Origin: Pannus brasiliensis CCIBt3594 | GTDB lineage: Bacteria; Cyanobacteriota; Cyanobacteriia; Cyanobacteriales; Microcystaceae | Length of the DNA: 32,000 nucleotides | Assembly (NCBI RefSeq): GCF_036688125.1 | Contig: NZ_JBAFSM010000008.1 | Location: 17,824 to 49,823, forward strand | Direction of reading: 5' to 3' | In this document: piece after piece, positions 16,801-25,822 of the stretch | Numbering within the stretch: position 1 is the first letter of the stretch | Layout of the letters: every line of letters starts with the position of its first letter | Made by a program: the position numbers and the translations under genes | Notes under the pieces: generated by a model | What the model was told of the DNA's origin: nothing | The model's input: the letters and a program-made list of their open reading frames with translations, nothing else | The model's database searches: none

Positions 16801-18045
16801 ATGAATAACAAATTGCCGATCGATTCCCTCGTGAATACTTGGAACAGCGTGACGGGTGAGGTGGCGAAACGGCTACCCGTCGATCGTCTGGCGAACTCGA
16901 TCGTGCAGTGGTTCAGCGTCAGCGATAGCCAGGTCGCGGAAATTCTCGAGAAAGCGCGATCCGAGTTACCGACGACCGAAGCGCTATTGATCGGCAAACC
17001 CCAGACCGGCAAAAGTTCGATCGTCCGGGCCTTAACGGGAGTTTCCGCGGAGATCGTCGGTCAGGGTTTCCGTCCCCACACACGAAACACCCAACGATAC
17101 ATCTATCCTTCGGAGGATCTTCCCCTGCTGGTGTTCACCGATACGGTGGGTTTGGGGGACGTGGATCAAGATACAGAGGCATTAATCGGGGAATTATTCG
17201 CGGATCTAGCGGAAAAGACGGGAAAAGCGCGAGTTTTCATCCTCACGGTGAAAAGTAACGATTTCGCCACCGACAGCCTGAAAGCGATCGCCAAACAATT
17301 ACGGGAGAAACATCCCGAAATTCCCTGTTTACTCGCGGTAACTTGTTTACACGAGATCTATCCGCCCGAAATCGAGAACCATCCCGATTACCCGCCCGAT
17401 TTTCCCGATATCCAACGGGCTTACGAGGAACTGCAAAAAACGTTCGCGGGGTTATTCGATCGATCCGTCCTTATCGACTTCACCCTCGAAGAAGACGCGT
17501 ATACCCCCGTTTTTTACGGCTTAGAGGCGTTTCGGGACACCCTCGCCGATTTACTCCCCACCGCGGAAGCCAACGCCATCCACCAACTTCTCGACAAGGA
17601 AACCGGCGATCGACTCGGCAATCTCTACCGCGACGTAGCCCGACGTTATCTAGTCGCGTACTCGATCGTCGCGGCGACTCTGGCGGCGGTTCCCTTACCT
17701 TTCGCGACCATGCCCGTGTTAACCGCCCTACAGGTGTCGATGGTGGGCGTTTTAGGCAAATTATACGGGCAGGTGTTAACGCCGTCGCAGGCCGGGGGCA
17801 TCGTCAGCGCCATCGCCGGGGGATTTCTCGCGCAGGTAATCGGCCGGGAATTGGTGAAGTTTATCCCCGGATTCGGCAGTGTTATCGCCGCGTCCTGGGC
17901 CGCGGCCTATACTTGGGCGTTAGGCGAGGGCGCGTGTGTTTATTTCGGCGATCTGATGGGGGGCAAAAAACCCGATCCCGAACAGATTCAATCGGTGATG
18001 AAAGAAGCTTTCGCGTCCGCGAGGGAACGATTTAAACGGGTGTGA
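16801..18045 (+). CDS. P-loop GTPase with C-terminal DUF697-like membrane domain
   Basis: Has Walker A GKPQTGKSS and a G3-like DTVGLGD. The C-terminal hydrophobic region (AATLAAVPLPFATMPVLTALQVSMV...GFGSVIAASWAAAYTWALG) is typical of DUF697/YcjF-like proteins. Confidence 0.75.
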   Translation: MNNKLPIDSLVNTWNSVTGEVAKRLPVDRLANSIVQWFSVSDSQVAEILEKARSELPTTEALLIGKPQTGKSSIVRALTGVSAEIVGQGFRPHTRNTQRYIYPSEDLPLLVFTDTVGLGDVDQDTEALIGELFADLAEKTGKARVFILTVKSNDFATDSLKAIAKQLREKHPEIPCLLAVTCLHEIYPPEIENHPDYPPDFPDIQRAYEELQKTFAGLFDRSVLIDFTLEEDAYTPVFYGLEAFRDTLADLLPTAEANAIHQLLDKETGDRLGNLYRDVARRYLVAYSIVAATLAAVPLPFATMPVLTALQVSMVGVLGKLYGQVLTPSQAGGIVSAIAGGFLAQVIGRELVKFIPGFGSVIAASWAAAYTWALGEGACVYFGDLMGGKKPDPEQIQSVMKEAFASARERFKRV

Positions 18046-18271
18046 AAACTTGGGAAAACCTTCTAGTTCGCGAGCGAAGATGGAAAACGTTTTGTCCCGT
18101 CGATGGAAATCGATAACACTCGATTTACCGTATCTCGATCGCCAACCATCTCTACAAAACGATCGATCGCTGTTTCCCATCCCCGTCCCCCTCGAAGTTT
18201 TGTACAATGAATTTATTTCCGAGCCGAACGCGGTCATCTCCCGCGGTAAAATCAACTAGAGTACGCCGAAA

Positions 18272-18871
18272 ATGCTCTCGATCGCCCTACTGCTTCTCGT
18301 TCAAACCACTACGGTTAACCCCTCCGTTCAAAACGTGGTGAACTATCTCGCCGGCGAGATGAATACCACCGCGCAAGCGCGGGAGAATCCGAAAATCGCC
18401 GAGGTACAGATGACTACCTGCGAGGTTTCTTTTCCGAATAGCGAGAGTTCTGTTTATTTATACCAAGAACAAGCTTTATTAAACAAATTAAATCAACCGT
18501 ACCGCCAGCGATTCCTCGAAATTAAACCCGGAACGGACGATCGCTCGATCGAGTCGAAATCGTATAAACCTCGAAACGCGGGCAACTTTATTAATTTTTG
18601 TAAAAGAAGCTTGACAGAAAGACAGGTGCGACCATCGGATCTCGGCGAATATGTCTGCACGGTTATTTTAACGCCGATCGAGGGAGGCTACAAAGGAGAA
18701 ACGCCCCCGGCCGGTTGTCCGGCAACCGCGAGAGGCGCGGTGAGAATTACTAACACGATCATTCTACGTCCCGACGGTATGGATACCAGCGATCGGGGCT
18801 ACGACGCGAACGGCCGCCAGGTTTGGGGCGCGGGGGAAAATTTTTATCAATTCCGTCGGGGAAATCGGTAG
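18272..18871 (+). CDS. CpcT/CpeT-family (DUF1001) protein with hydrophobic N-terminus
   Basis: Family pattern: [15 protein letters not shown]...VYLYQEQA...PYRQRFLEI...C...[11 protein letters not shown]...[15 protein letters not shown]. The N-terminus [15 protein letters not shown] is signal-like. Confidence 0.6.
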   Translation: MLSIALLLLVQTTTVNPSVQNVVNYLAGEMNTTAQARENPKIAEVQMTTCEVSFPNSESSVYLYQEQALLNKLNQPYRQRFLEIKPGTDDRSIESKSYKPRNAGNFINFCKRSLTERQVRPSDLGEYVCTVILTPIEGGYKGETPPAGCPATARGAVRITNTIILRPDGMDTSDRGYDANGRQVWGAGENFYQFRRGNR

Positions 18872-18938
18872 ACATCCCCCGATCGAGAGAAATATTACAA
18901 TAGAAAACGTGATTTACTGAAGAAAGGATACAGATAAG

Positions 18939-19508
18939 ATGGCCGTACTCCGTCTAGAAAATGGAACCACCTACACGCGACTCGAAGATATCGGCGAAAA
19001 ACTGGCCGCGCTGAACGTGAGTTTGAATTACTGGCCGATCGAAAATCCCGAAACTCGCGAGTTACTAACTAAAGCGGCGTTAAGCGATGAAGAAAAAGAA
19101 ACCGTTTTAGTGAGCCTCGACCAGTATTTTCGGGAATTACAGGAAAAATACAATTATCAATCCCGAGATTTAATCGTCCTCCATCCCGATATCCCGAATC
19201 TCGACACCTTACTCGCCAAATTCGAGCGCTGTCATACCCACGCCGATGATGAAGTACGCTATATCATCGATGGCGAGGGAGTTTTCGGGTTCGTTTTCCC
19301 CGACGGTTCCCAAGCGGAGTTAACCGTACAGCCCGCAGAATATATCAATGTTCCCGCCAATAGCGAACACTGGTTCCATCTCACCGACGCGCGACGGGTG
19401 AAGGCGGTACGTTATTTCACCTCCACCGAGGGATGGGTTCCCGAATACACCGACACGGAAATCCGTTTCGCGGGGGAAAAGAGAGAATTACAGGAATTTT
19501 CGGTTTAA
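18939..19508 (+). CDS. mtnD: acireductone dioxygenase (methionine salvage, cupin)
   Basis: Has the ARD cupin motifs HTHADDEVRYIIDGEGVFGF and NSEHWF. Length is 189 aa. Confidence 0.8.
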   Translation: MAVLRLENGTTYTRLEDIGEKLAALNVSLNYWPIENPETRELLTKAALSDEEKETVLVSLDQYFRELQEKYNYQSRDLIVLHPDIPNLDTLLAKFERCHTHADDEVRYIIDGEGVFGFVFPDGSQAELTVQPAEYINVPANSEHWFHLTDARRVKAVRYFTSTEGWVPEYTDTEIRFAGEKRELQEFSV

Positions 19509-19549
19509 ATCCGCGAGAGTATGGGAAATCTGTTGAAATTCTCCGATAT

Positions 19550-20119
19550 TTACGGGTGCGAGGCTCGCGCCCCCACGGTTTCCGTTACAGAAGCCTCGCG
19601 GGTTAAGAATTGATATTCCTCTTCCGTGTATAGATCCGCGTCCGATTCCAATCGATCGAGAAATAGGATACCGTCGAGATGATCCGACTCGTGTTGGAAA
19701 ATCCGGGCGATAAAATCGTCGAAACGGGCGCGGATTACATTCCCAGAGCGATCGAGATATTCTACCTCGATCGAACGGTGTCGGGGGACAAAACCCCGTA
19801 ACCCCGGAACACTCAAACACCCCTCCCATCCCTTGACAATTTCCCCGCTCGTCGAGAGAATCCGGGGATTAATCATCGCCGTCGGTTCCATTGTCGGCGC
19901 GTTCGGATAACGGGGATTCGGACGGGAAGCGACGATAAATAGGCGTAAAGACTCGGAAACCTGCGGCGCGGCGATTCCCACCCCGTTAGACGCTCTCGCC
20001 GTCTCGATTAGCGAGTCGATCAGCGATTGTAACGATCGATCGGCGAACTTCTCGATGTCCTTCGCCCTTTGTTCTAAAATCGGACTTCCTAAACGCGCGA
20101 TCGGTAAAATCCCCGTCAT
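19550..20119 (-). CDS. def: peptide deformylase
   Basis: All three PDF motifs are present: [17 protein letters not shown] and HESDHLDG. Confidence 0.93.
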   Translation of the reverse strand: MTGILPIARLGSPILEQRAKDIEKFADRSLQSLIDSLIETARASNGVGIAAPQVSESLRLFIVASRPNPRYPNAPTMEPTAMINPRILSTSGEIVKGWEGCLSVPGLRGFVPRHRSIEVEYLDRSGNVIRARFDDFIARIFQHESDHLDGILFLDRLESDADLYTEEEYQFLTREASVTETVGARASHP

Positions 20120-20242
20120 AATTCTTGTTTTAACTTCGCGAGGCTATTGAAATCATCTTATCCCGATCGGAAAAATCTCGCTAAACTTATACCATTCCCT
20201 ACCCGAATTTACCGAACTCAAGCTTGTTTATCGAGATACCCC

Positions 20243-21583
20243 GTGGACATCAGCGCCCAACAACTCTGGAAAAACGTCTTAGAACGCCTTCAAACCCGAT
20301 TAACTCGCCCCGCTTTCGATACATGGTTCGGTACGGCGACGATCGGCGGCTGGCATAACGATCGCCTCGTGATTCAAGCGGAAAATCCTTTCATTCTCAA
20401 CCATCTCCAAAAAAATTACCTGACCCTGCTTTCGGAAGTGGTCAAGGATATCGTCGGTTATCCCGTGGAAATTCAACTGACCACGGTACAGGGAGAAAAT
20501 ATCGCCATTCTCGGCCCCCGCCCTACTTCTCCCTCGGAATCCGTATTTACCAACCAATTAAACCCGAAATACGTCTTTTCCCGCTTCGTGGTCGGGCCGA
20601 CCAACCGGTTAGCCCACGCGGCCGCGCTCGCCGTCGCCGAGGTTCCCGGACGGGAATTCAATCCCCTCTTTCTCTGCGGGGGGGTGGGATTGGGAAAAAC
20701 CCATCTCATGCAGGCGCTCGGGCATTACCATCTCGAACTGTATCCCGCGTCGAAAGTTTTTTACGTCTCCACCGAACAATTTACCAACGACCTGATCGCC
20801 GCAATCCGCCAGGATAGTATGGAAAGCTTCCGCGAACATTACCGCGGCGCGGATATTTTATTAGTAGACGACCTACAATTTATCGAGGGGAAAGAATACA
20901 CCCAAGAGGAATTTTTCCACACCTTTAATACCTTACACGAGGCGGGAAAACAAGTCGTTCTCGCGTCCGATCGACCGCCCAAACAGATCCCCAGTTTACA
21001 GGATCGGTTGATCTCCCGTTTCTCGATGGGCTTGATCGCCGACATCCAGGCCCCCGACATCGAAACCCGGATGGCCATCCTGCAAAAAAAGGCGGAATAC
21101 GAGAATTTACGCCTTCCGAGAGAGGTTATCGAGTATATCGCCGCGAATTATACCTCGAACATCCGCGAGCTAGAGGGGGCGTTAATTCGCACCACCACCT
21201 ATATCTCGATCTCCGGATTGCCGATGACGGTGGAAACCATCGCCCCCGTTTTAAGTCCCCCCGCGGAGAAAGTCGCCACCTCCCCGGACGTGATTATCAC
21301 CGTGATCGCCGAGGAATTCAAACTCTCGATCGAGGATCTCAAGGGCAATTCCCGAAGGCGAGAGATCAGCCACGCGCGACAGATCGGGATGTATCTGATG
21401 CGACAGCACACGGATCTGAGCTTACCGCGCATCGGCGAGGAATTCGGCGGAAAAGACCACACGACGGTGCTGTATAGCTGTGATAAGATCAACCAGGCGC
21501 GCCATCAGGACGGACAGTTACGCCAAACTCTCTCCCGACTCAGCGATCGCATCAACCTCGTCAGTCGCGGCCGGCAACCGTAG
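20243..21583 (+). CDS. dnaA: chromosomal replication initiator protein DnaA
   Basis: Has AAA+ Walker [11 protein letters not shown], Walker B LLVDDLQF and the domain [10 protein letters not shown] motif. The ORF-track TTG start is at 20147. I prefer the GTG at 20243 ([17 protein letters not shown]), which matches the usual DnaA N-terminus. Confidence 0.92.
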   Translation: MDISAQQLWKNVLERLQTRLTRPAFDTWFGTATIGGWHNDRLVIQAENPFILNHLQKNYLTLLSEVVKDIVGYPVEIQLTTVQGENIAILGPRPTSPSESVFTNQLNPKYVFSRFVVGPTNRLAHAAALAVAEVPGREFNPLFLCGGVGLGKTHLMQALGHYHLELYPASKVFYVSTEQFTNDLIAAIRQDSMESFREHYRGADILLVDDLQFIEGKEYTQEEFFHTFNTLHEAGKQVVLASDRPPKQIPSLQDRLISRFSMGLIADIQAPDIETRMAILQKKAEYENLRLPREVIEYIAANYTSNIRELEGALIRTTTYISISGLPMTVETIAPVLSPPAEKVATSPDVIITVIAEEFKLSIEDLKGNSRRREISHARQIGMYLMRQHTDLSLPRIGEEFGGKDHTTVLYSCDKINQARHQDGQLRQTLSRLSDRINLVSRGRQP

Positions 21584-21629
21584 AGAGGGCGGGAGGCGGG
21601 GAGAACACTTATTCCGGTCTCCTGAAAAG

Positions 21630-21638
21630 TTTTCCACA
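21630..21638 (+). promoter_or_regulatory. DnaA box TTTTCCACA
   Basis: Exact match to the cyanobacterial-type DnaA box consensus TTTTCCACA. Confidence 0.6.
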
Positions 21639-21730
21639 GTCTTTCCGGGAAGCGAAGAAACCGGTAAACCCCTTGAAAATACTCCGTTTGAACGAGGTAC
21701 TTCGGAGAGAACGCCCGCTCGATCGCGCGT

Positions 21731-21750
21731 TTCTCCACAAGTTTTCCACA
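21731..21750 (+). promoter_or_regulatory. pair of adjacent DnaA boxes (TTCTCCACA and TTTTCCACA)
   Basis: TTCTCCACA at 21731-21739 has one mismatch and TTTTCCACA at 21742-21750 is exact. They are separated by 2 nt and share the orientation of the box at 21630. Confidence 0.6.
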
Positions 21751-21894
21751 GGTACGCGCGGGAGAGATCGATCGAGATTAAAAGATTGAAAGTATTTCCG
21801 GATCGGCTGGTGGCTATAATCTAAAATCCCCTCGATACCCGTTCCGAAACTCTTACAATCACAGTAGCAATACAAAAGAACCATCCGATCATCC

Positions 21895-23043
21895 ATGAAA
21901 TTCACCACCAGTCAAAGCGATCTCAATACCCATCTATCCCTCGTCAGTCGCGCCGTTTCCAACCGTCCCACCCATCCCGTGTTAGGAAATGTTCTCTTTG
22001 TCGCGGACGAGGAAAAAGGAGAAATTAGCCTGACAGCTTTCGATCTCAGCCTGGGAATCCGGACGAGTTTCCGCGCCGACGTGGGCGAGGGGGGAAAAAT
22101 CACCCTACCCGCTAAACTCCTCAACGATATCGTCACCAAAATCGGCGACGGCGAGATCACCATCACCGTCTCCGAAGAGGGGGAAGACGAGGAACATACC
22201 GTCGTCTACCTGAAAACCGCCTCCGGCCAATTCCAGATCCGGGGCATGAAAGCCGATGAATTCCCGGAATTACCCACCGTCGTCGATGGTGAAACGGTTA
22301 GCTTACCGATCGATGCCTTGACAGAAGGGATAAAAGGTGCATTGTTCGCCGCCAGCGCCGATGAAACGAAACAGGTCTTGACCGGCGTACACCTGACGAA
22401 AACCGTCGATAGCCTGGAATTCGCCGCCACCGACGGGCATCGTCTCGCCGTGGTGCAAACGCCCCTAGAAGACGCGGATTCCTCCTCGAAAGGGTTTACC
22501 GTCACCATCCCCGCGCGCGCCCTGCGGGAGTTGGAAAGAATGCTCGCCGCCCGATCGAACACCGAGTCGATCACCCTCCACGTCGATGACGCGCAAGTGA
22601 TTTTCGAGTTAGACGAACAGAGATTGACCAGTCGCAAGTTAGACGGAGCCTATCCCGCCTACGGGCAATTAATCCCCAAATCCTTCAGTCGATCGCTGAC
22701 CATCGATCGTAAACAGTTAATCCGTTGTCTGGAATTAGTCGCCGTCCTCGCCGACGGGAAAAACAACCTCGTCAAATTCAGCATCGACGGCGAGAACGAG
22801 CGTCTTTCCCTCTCCGTCGAATCCCCCGACCTCGGTAGCGCGAAAGAATCGATGGCCGCCGAAATCACCGGAGAAAGCGGCGATATCGCCTTCAATGTCA
22901 AATATTTAATGGACGGTTTAAAAGCCCTCCCCGCCAACGACATCCAGATGCAACTCAACGCCAACACCCAACCGGTCATCTTCACCCCCCTCGGCGGCTT
23001 AAAAATGACCTATCTCGTCATGCCGGTACAGATCCGCCAGTAG
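21895..23043 (+). CDS. dnaN: DNA polymerase III beta sliding clamp
   Basis: 382 aa. The N-terminus MKFTTSQSDLNTHLSLVSRAV...PVLGNVLF and the C-terminus YLVMPVQIRQ are typical of DnaN. It lies immediately downstream of dnaA. Confidence 0.93.
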   Translation: MKFTTSQSDLNTHLSLVSRAVSNRPTHPVLGNVLFVADEEKGEISLTAFDLSLGIRTSFRADVGEGGKITLPAKLLNDIVTKIGDGEITITVSEEGEDEEHTVVYLKTASGQFQIRGMKADEFPELPTVVDGETVSLPIDALTEGIKGALFAASADETKQVLTGVHLTKTVDSLEFAATDGHRLAVVQTPLEDADSSSKGFTVTIPARALRELERMLAARSNTESITLHVDDAQVIFELDEQRLTSRKLDGAYPAYGQLIPKSFSRSLTIDRKQLIRCLELVAVLADGKNNLVKFSIDGENERLSLSVESPDLGSAKESMAAEITGESGDIAFNVKYLMDGLKALPANDIQMQLNANTQPVIFTPLGGLKMTYLVMPVQIRQ

Positions 23044-23059
23044 TTTCGGAAGTTTCGGG

Positions 23060-23189
23060 GGCGGGAGGTGAGGGAGGGTAAAGGTAAAAGGGTCAAGGCG
23101 AAAGGATTCAGAAAGCTCTTTTCCCTTTTCCCCTTCCCCATCCCCCTCATCTTCCCCATCCCCCTCATCTCCCCATCCCCCACTCTCCC
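23060..23189. repeat. G-rich/C-rich inverted-repeat intergenic element, copy 3 of 3 (right arm contains an 18-bp tandem repeat)
   Basis: Begins 17 nt after the dnaN stop. It shares GGCGGGAGGTGAGGGAGGG..AAAGGT.AAAGGGTCA..AGAAAGCTCTTTTCCCTTTTCC with copies 1 and 2. TCCCCATCCCCCTCATCT is repeated at 23135 and 23153, with a partial third unit. Confidence 0.85.
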
Positions 23190-23300
23190 GATCGACTGAC
23201 CGCGAGAGAGAAATGTTATAGTAACTAGCAAAAGATCGATCTCTAGCGATCGCTCGCTGTCCCGATATTTATATACCGAACTCCTTACTGATAGTTGGTT

Positions 23301-25061
23301 ATGACATCCTTTTATTTAGATTCCGAAATCGGACAGAATAAGCTTGTAAACTCCCGTAATTTCGCGATCGCCGCCTCGATCGGCATTCACGGTTTACTGC
23401 TCGCCAGCGTCGTCCCGAATATGGCCCGATCGGCCGAAGGAGATCCCGCGCCGCGAGACCTGAAAAACGTCGGCGTTATCGAACTCAACTCTTTCGAGCG
23501 CTCGCGTCTTCCCGAGTTTAACCCTTCACCGAGCAACCTTCCCGGCGCTTCCGAAATTCCCGGACTTCCCCCGGTTCCCGGCGCGGACAGTTCCGTGTCC
23601 CCCCTTCCGGCACTTCCGCCGCTCGGGAGTCTCGATAGCGATCTCCCCCCGATATCCTCCATTTCTCCCCCTCCTTCGCTACCTTCCGCCCGTTCCGCCC
23701 CCTCTCTGCCTCCCCTCCCTCCCTCCTACTCTTCCCTGCCTTCCTCTCCCGCCCTACCCTCGCTGAGAGTGTATAACCCTCCCGTCGCGTCTATCCCCCG
23801 GCTTCGATCGAGCGACATTTCCCGGCCGCCCCTGACCCCTTCCACGCCGAATGTACCGCGTTACTCGCCGAATTTACCCCCTCCCCCGTCCGTCCCGACC
23901 GTTTCGGGGAAAAATCCCTACGGGAATAATTTGCCGCCGAATACTTCTCCCGTCGATAATTACTCCCGGAACGATCTAGAAAATTTTTACCGGAACAATC
24001 CGAACATCCCTCGATCGAACCGGGACTTACGTTTCGATCCCTCCGGAGATCCTTCGCTAACGGCGGCAGGAATTCGACAGGCCCCGATCCGGGCTTCGGA
24101 ACAGGCCCGGAACCAATTAGGAAAACCGGTGCCGATTAACCCCGCTACCGGAAATGAATCCCCTCGCGACGACCAACGCGTCCGGGGTCTACTCGCTCAG
24201 ATGGAAGAACGCCGGCGATCGCTCCAAGAGGATAAAACGAACACCACCGACGAGGAAGCGATGCGAAATCAGGTGGCCTGGTTAAATGAACAGAAGAACC
24301 AGAACCCGGAAGCGTTAAATGAACTGAATAACCGGGATCGGGGCAAGAAAGGCATCTCTACCGTCGCGCTGACCGGTAGTTATCCCGCCGATGCCTGTTC
24401 CCGACAACTCGCGGGAACGGCGGTTTACGGGGTGACGGTTAACGGCGCGGGGGTTCCCGTGAGCGAGCCGTGGTTACTCAAGAGCGCGGGTTTCCCGATC
24501 CTGAACCAACAGGCGGCGCGGGAAGTTCGATCGACCCGTTTTAGCGACTCCGGCGACGGTTCGCGGATCTATCAGGTGAAAGTCAGTTTCGCCCCCTCTC
24601 CCGATGTCTGCCGCACCCCGATCGCCCGTCCCCGCGATAACGAGCCTAACCCGATCGAAACCCGGAATAGCGCTCCCCCCGCGCCGGAGGTACAACCCCC
24701 GACCCGAGAGCGATCGACGAACCCGCGCCCGAATCCCGAAGTGAACCCGCGGCCGGAGAATCCCGAGAAAGCGCCGGCCCCGACCCCACCCCCGACGACG
24801 GTGGTACAACCGAAAGCGCCTCAACCCGCTCCCCCGGTACCAGAAACGAAACCGCCGCAACCCGATCCCGCGGTGGTACAACCGAAAGCGCCTCAACCCG
24901 CTCCCCCGGTACAAGAAACGAAAGCCCCGGAACCCGAAGGCCCCCCGGCACCCGCCGCGGCCCCGCGAAGCGTCGAACCCGCCCCGGAACCCCCGAAACC
25001 GGCCGAATCCCCGGCCGAGGCTAAACCCGCGCCCGCGGGGTCTCCCGGTTCCGAAGGTTAA
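23301..25061 (+). CDS. TonB-like proline-rich envelope protein (N-terminal anchor, Pro-rich spacer, TonB_C-like domain, second Pro-rich tail)
   Basis: The TM anchor is FAIAASIGIHGLLLASVV and is followed by a long Pro/Ser-rich region. The TonB C-terminal-like segment is SYPADACSRQLAGTAVYGVTVNGAGVPV...LLKSAGFPILNQQAAREVRSTRF. The ATG at 23301 is preferred over the TTG at 23295. Confidence 0.6.
   Translation: MTSFYLDSEIGQNKLVNSRNFAIAASIGIHGLLLASVVPNMARSAEGDPAPRDLKNVGVIELNSFERSRLPEFNPSPSNLPGASEIPGLPPVPGADSSVSPLPALPPLGSLDSDLPPISSISPPPSLPSARSAPSLPPLPPSYSSLPSSPALPSLRVYNPPVASIPRLRSSDISRPPLTPSTPNVPRYSPNLPPPPSVPTVSGKNPYGNNLPPNTSPVDNYSRNDLENFYRNNPNIPRSNRDLRFDPSGDPSLTAAGIRQAPIRASEQARNQLGKPVPINPATGNESPRDDQRVRGLLAQMEERRRSLQEDKTNTTDEEAMRNQVAWLNEQKNQNPEALNELNNRDRGKKGISTVALTGSYPADACSRQLAGTAVYGVTVNGAGVPVSEPWLLKSAGFPILNQQAAREVRSTRFSDSGDGSRIYQVKVSFAPSPDVCRTPIARPRDNEPNPIETRNSAPPAPEVQPPTRERSTNPRPNPEVNPRPENPEKAPAPTPPPTTVVQPKAPQPAPPVPETKPPQPDPAVVQPKAPQPAPPVQETKAPEPEGPPAPAAAPRSVEPAPEPPKPAESPAEAKPAPAGSPGSEG
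24800..24943 (+). repeat. 72-bp tandem duplication inside the TonB-like CDS (24-aa repeat VVQPKAPQPAPPV.ETK)
   Basis: Units start at 24800 and 24872. The first 41 nt are identical (GGTGGTACAACCGAAAGCGCCTCAACCCGCTCCCCCGGTAC) and the units diverge toward their ends. Confidence 0.9.
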
Positions 25062-25103
25062 TCGAGGCGGTAAGATAAACGTATCCGTATTAACGCGCTT
25101 TCT

Positions 25104-25733
25104 ATGATTTCCGTCCCTTCCCTAGCCGATTCCCTCTCCTCTCGTTCCCGTCGCGCCTCGATTAGTCGCGTGACGAAAGAAACCGACGTACAGGTATCGA
25201 TCGATCTCGACGGGCAGGGCAGTTGTCACGCCGATACGGGCGTTCCCTTCCTCGATCATATGCTCCACCAGATCGCGAGTCACGGCTCGATCGATCTGGA
25301 TGTCCGCGCCAAGGGGGATATCGAGATCGACGATCACCACACCAACGAGGACGTGGGCATCACCTTGGGACAGGCTCTCTTTAAAGCGCTGGGCGATAAA
25401 AAAGGGATCGTTCGTTTCGGGCATTTTGTCGCTCCGCTTGACGAGGCATTAGTTCAGGTCGCTCTTGACTTTTCCGGGCGGCCGCATCTGAGTTACGGTC
25501 TCCAGATTCCCACCCAGCGCGTCGGAACCTACGACACCCAGCTAGTACGGGAATTTTTCGTCGCTTTGGTCAACCATAGCCAAATGACCCTACATATCCG
25601 CCAATTAGACGGCATTAACTCCCACCACATCATCGAGGCTACCTTTAAAGCCTTCGCGCGCGCGACCCGCATGGCGATCGAGATCGATCCCCGTCGCGCC
25701 GACGCGATCCCCAGTTCTAAAGGGGTATTGTAA
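25104..25733 (+). CDS. hisB: imidazoleglycerol-phosphate dehydratase
   Basis: Has the IGPD signatures [11 protein letters not shown] and [16 protein letters not shown]. Length is 209 aa. Confidence 0.93.
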   Translation: MISVPSLADSLSSRSRRASISRVTKETDVQVSIDLDGQGSCHADTGVPFLDHMLHQIASHGSIDLDVRAKGDIEIDDHHTNEDVGITLGQALFKALGDKKGIVRFGHFVAPLDEALVQVALDFSGRPHLSYGLQIPTQRVGTYDTQLVREFFVALVNHSQMTLHIRQLDGINSHHIIEATFKAFARATRMAIEIDPRRADAIPSSKGVL

Positions 25734-25822
25734 GGAAGCGATCCCTCGCGCGCCCGCGAAAAATCGCAAAATAACGTGACAATAGAAGGGAAATTTCTTC
25801 CCATCGTCGCCCCGCTCGCCGT

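Larger units (their letters stand above)
21584..21894. other. candidate oriC (dnaA-dnaN intergenic region with DnaA boxes and an AT-rich stretch)
   Basis: This 311-bp spacer contains three co-oriented DnaA-box 9-mers and an AT-rich segment (GAGATTAAAAGATTGAAAGTATTT, ~21774-21797). A TATAAT lies at 21815-21820, upstream of dnaN. Confidence 0.6.

Noticed and set aside
17343-18035. 230-aa ORF on the plus strand, in an alternative frame inside the GTPase gene
   Set aside because: It is extremely Arg/Gly/Pro-rich (…RRRRVYPRFLRLRGVSGHPRR…) and fully nested in a well-supported CDS. This is a typical shadow ORF of GC-rich coding DNA.
1193-23189. Whether the three repeated elements could be a CRISPR array or leader
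   Set aside because: The copies are 2-20 kb apart and separated by housekeeping genes. They are ~130-140 bp long and internally palindromic. There is no regular repeat-spacer periodicity and no cas genes.
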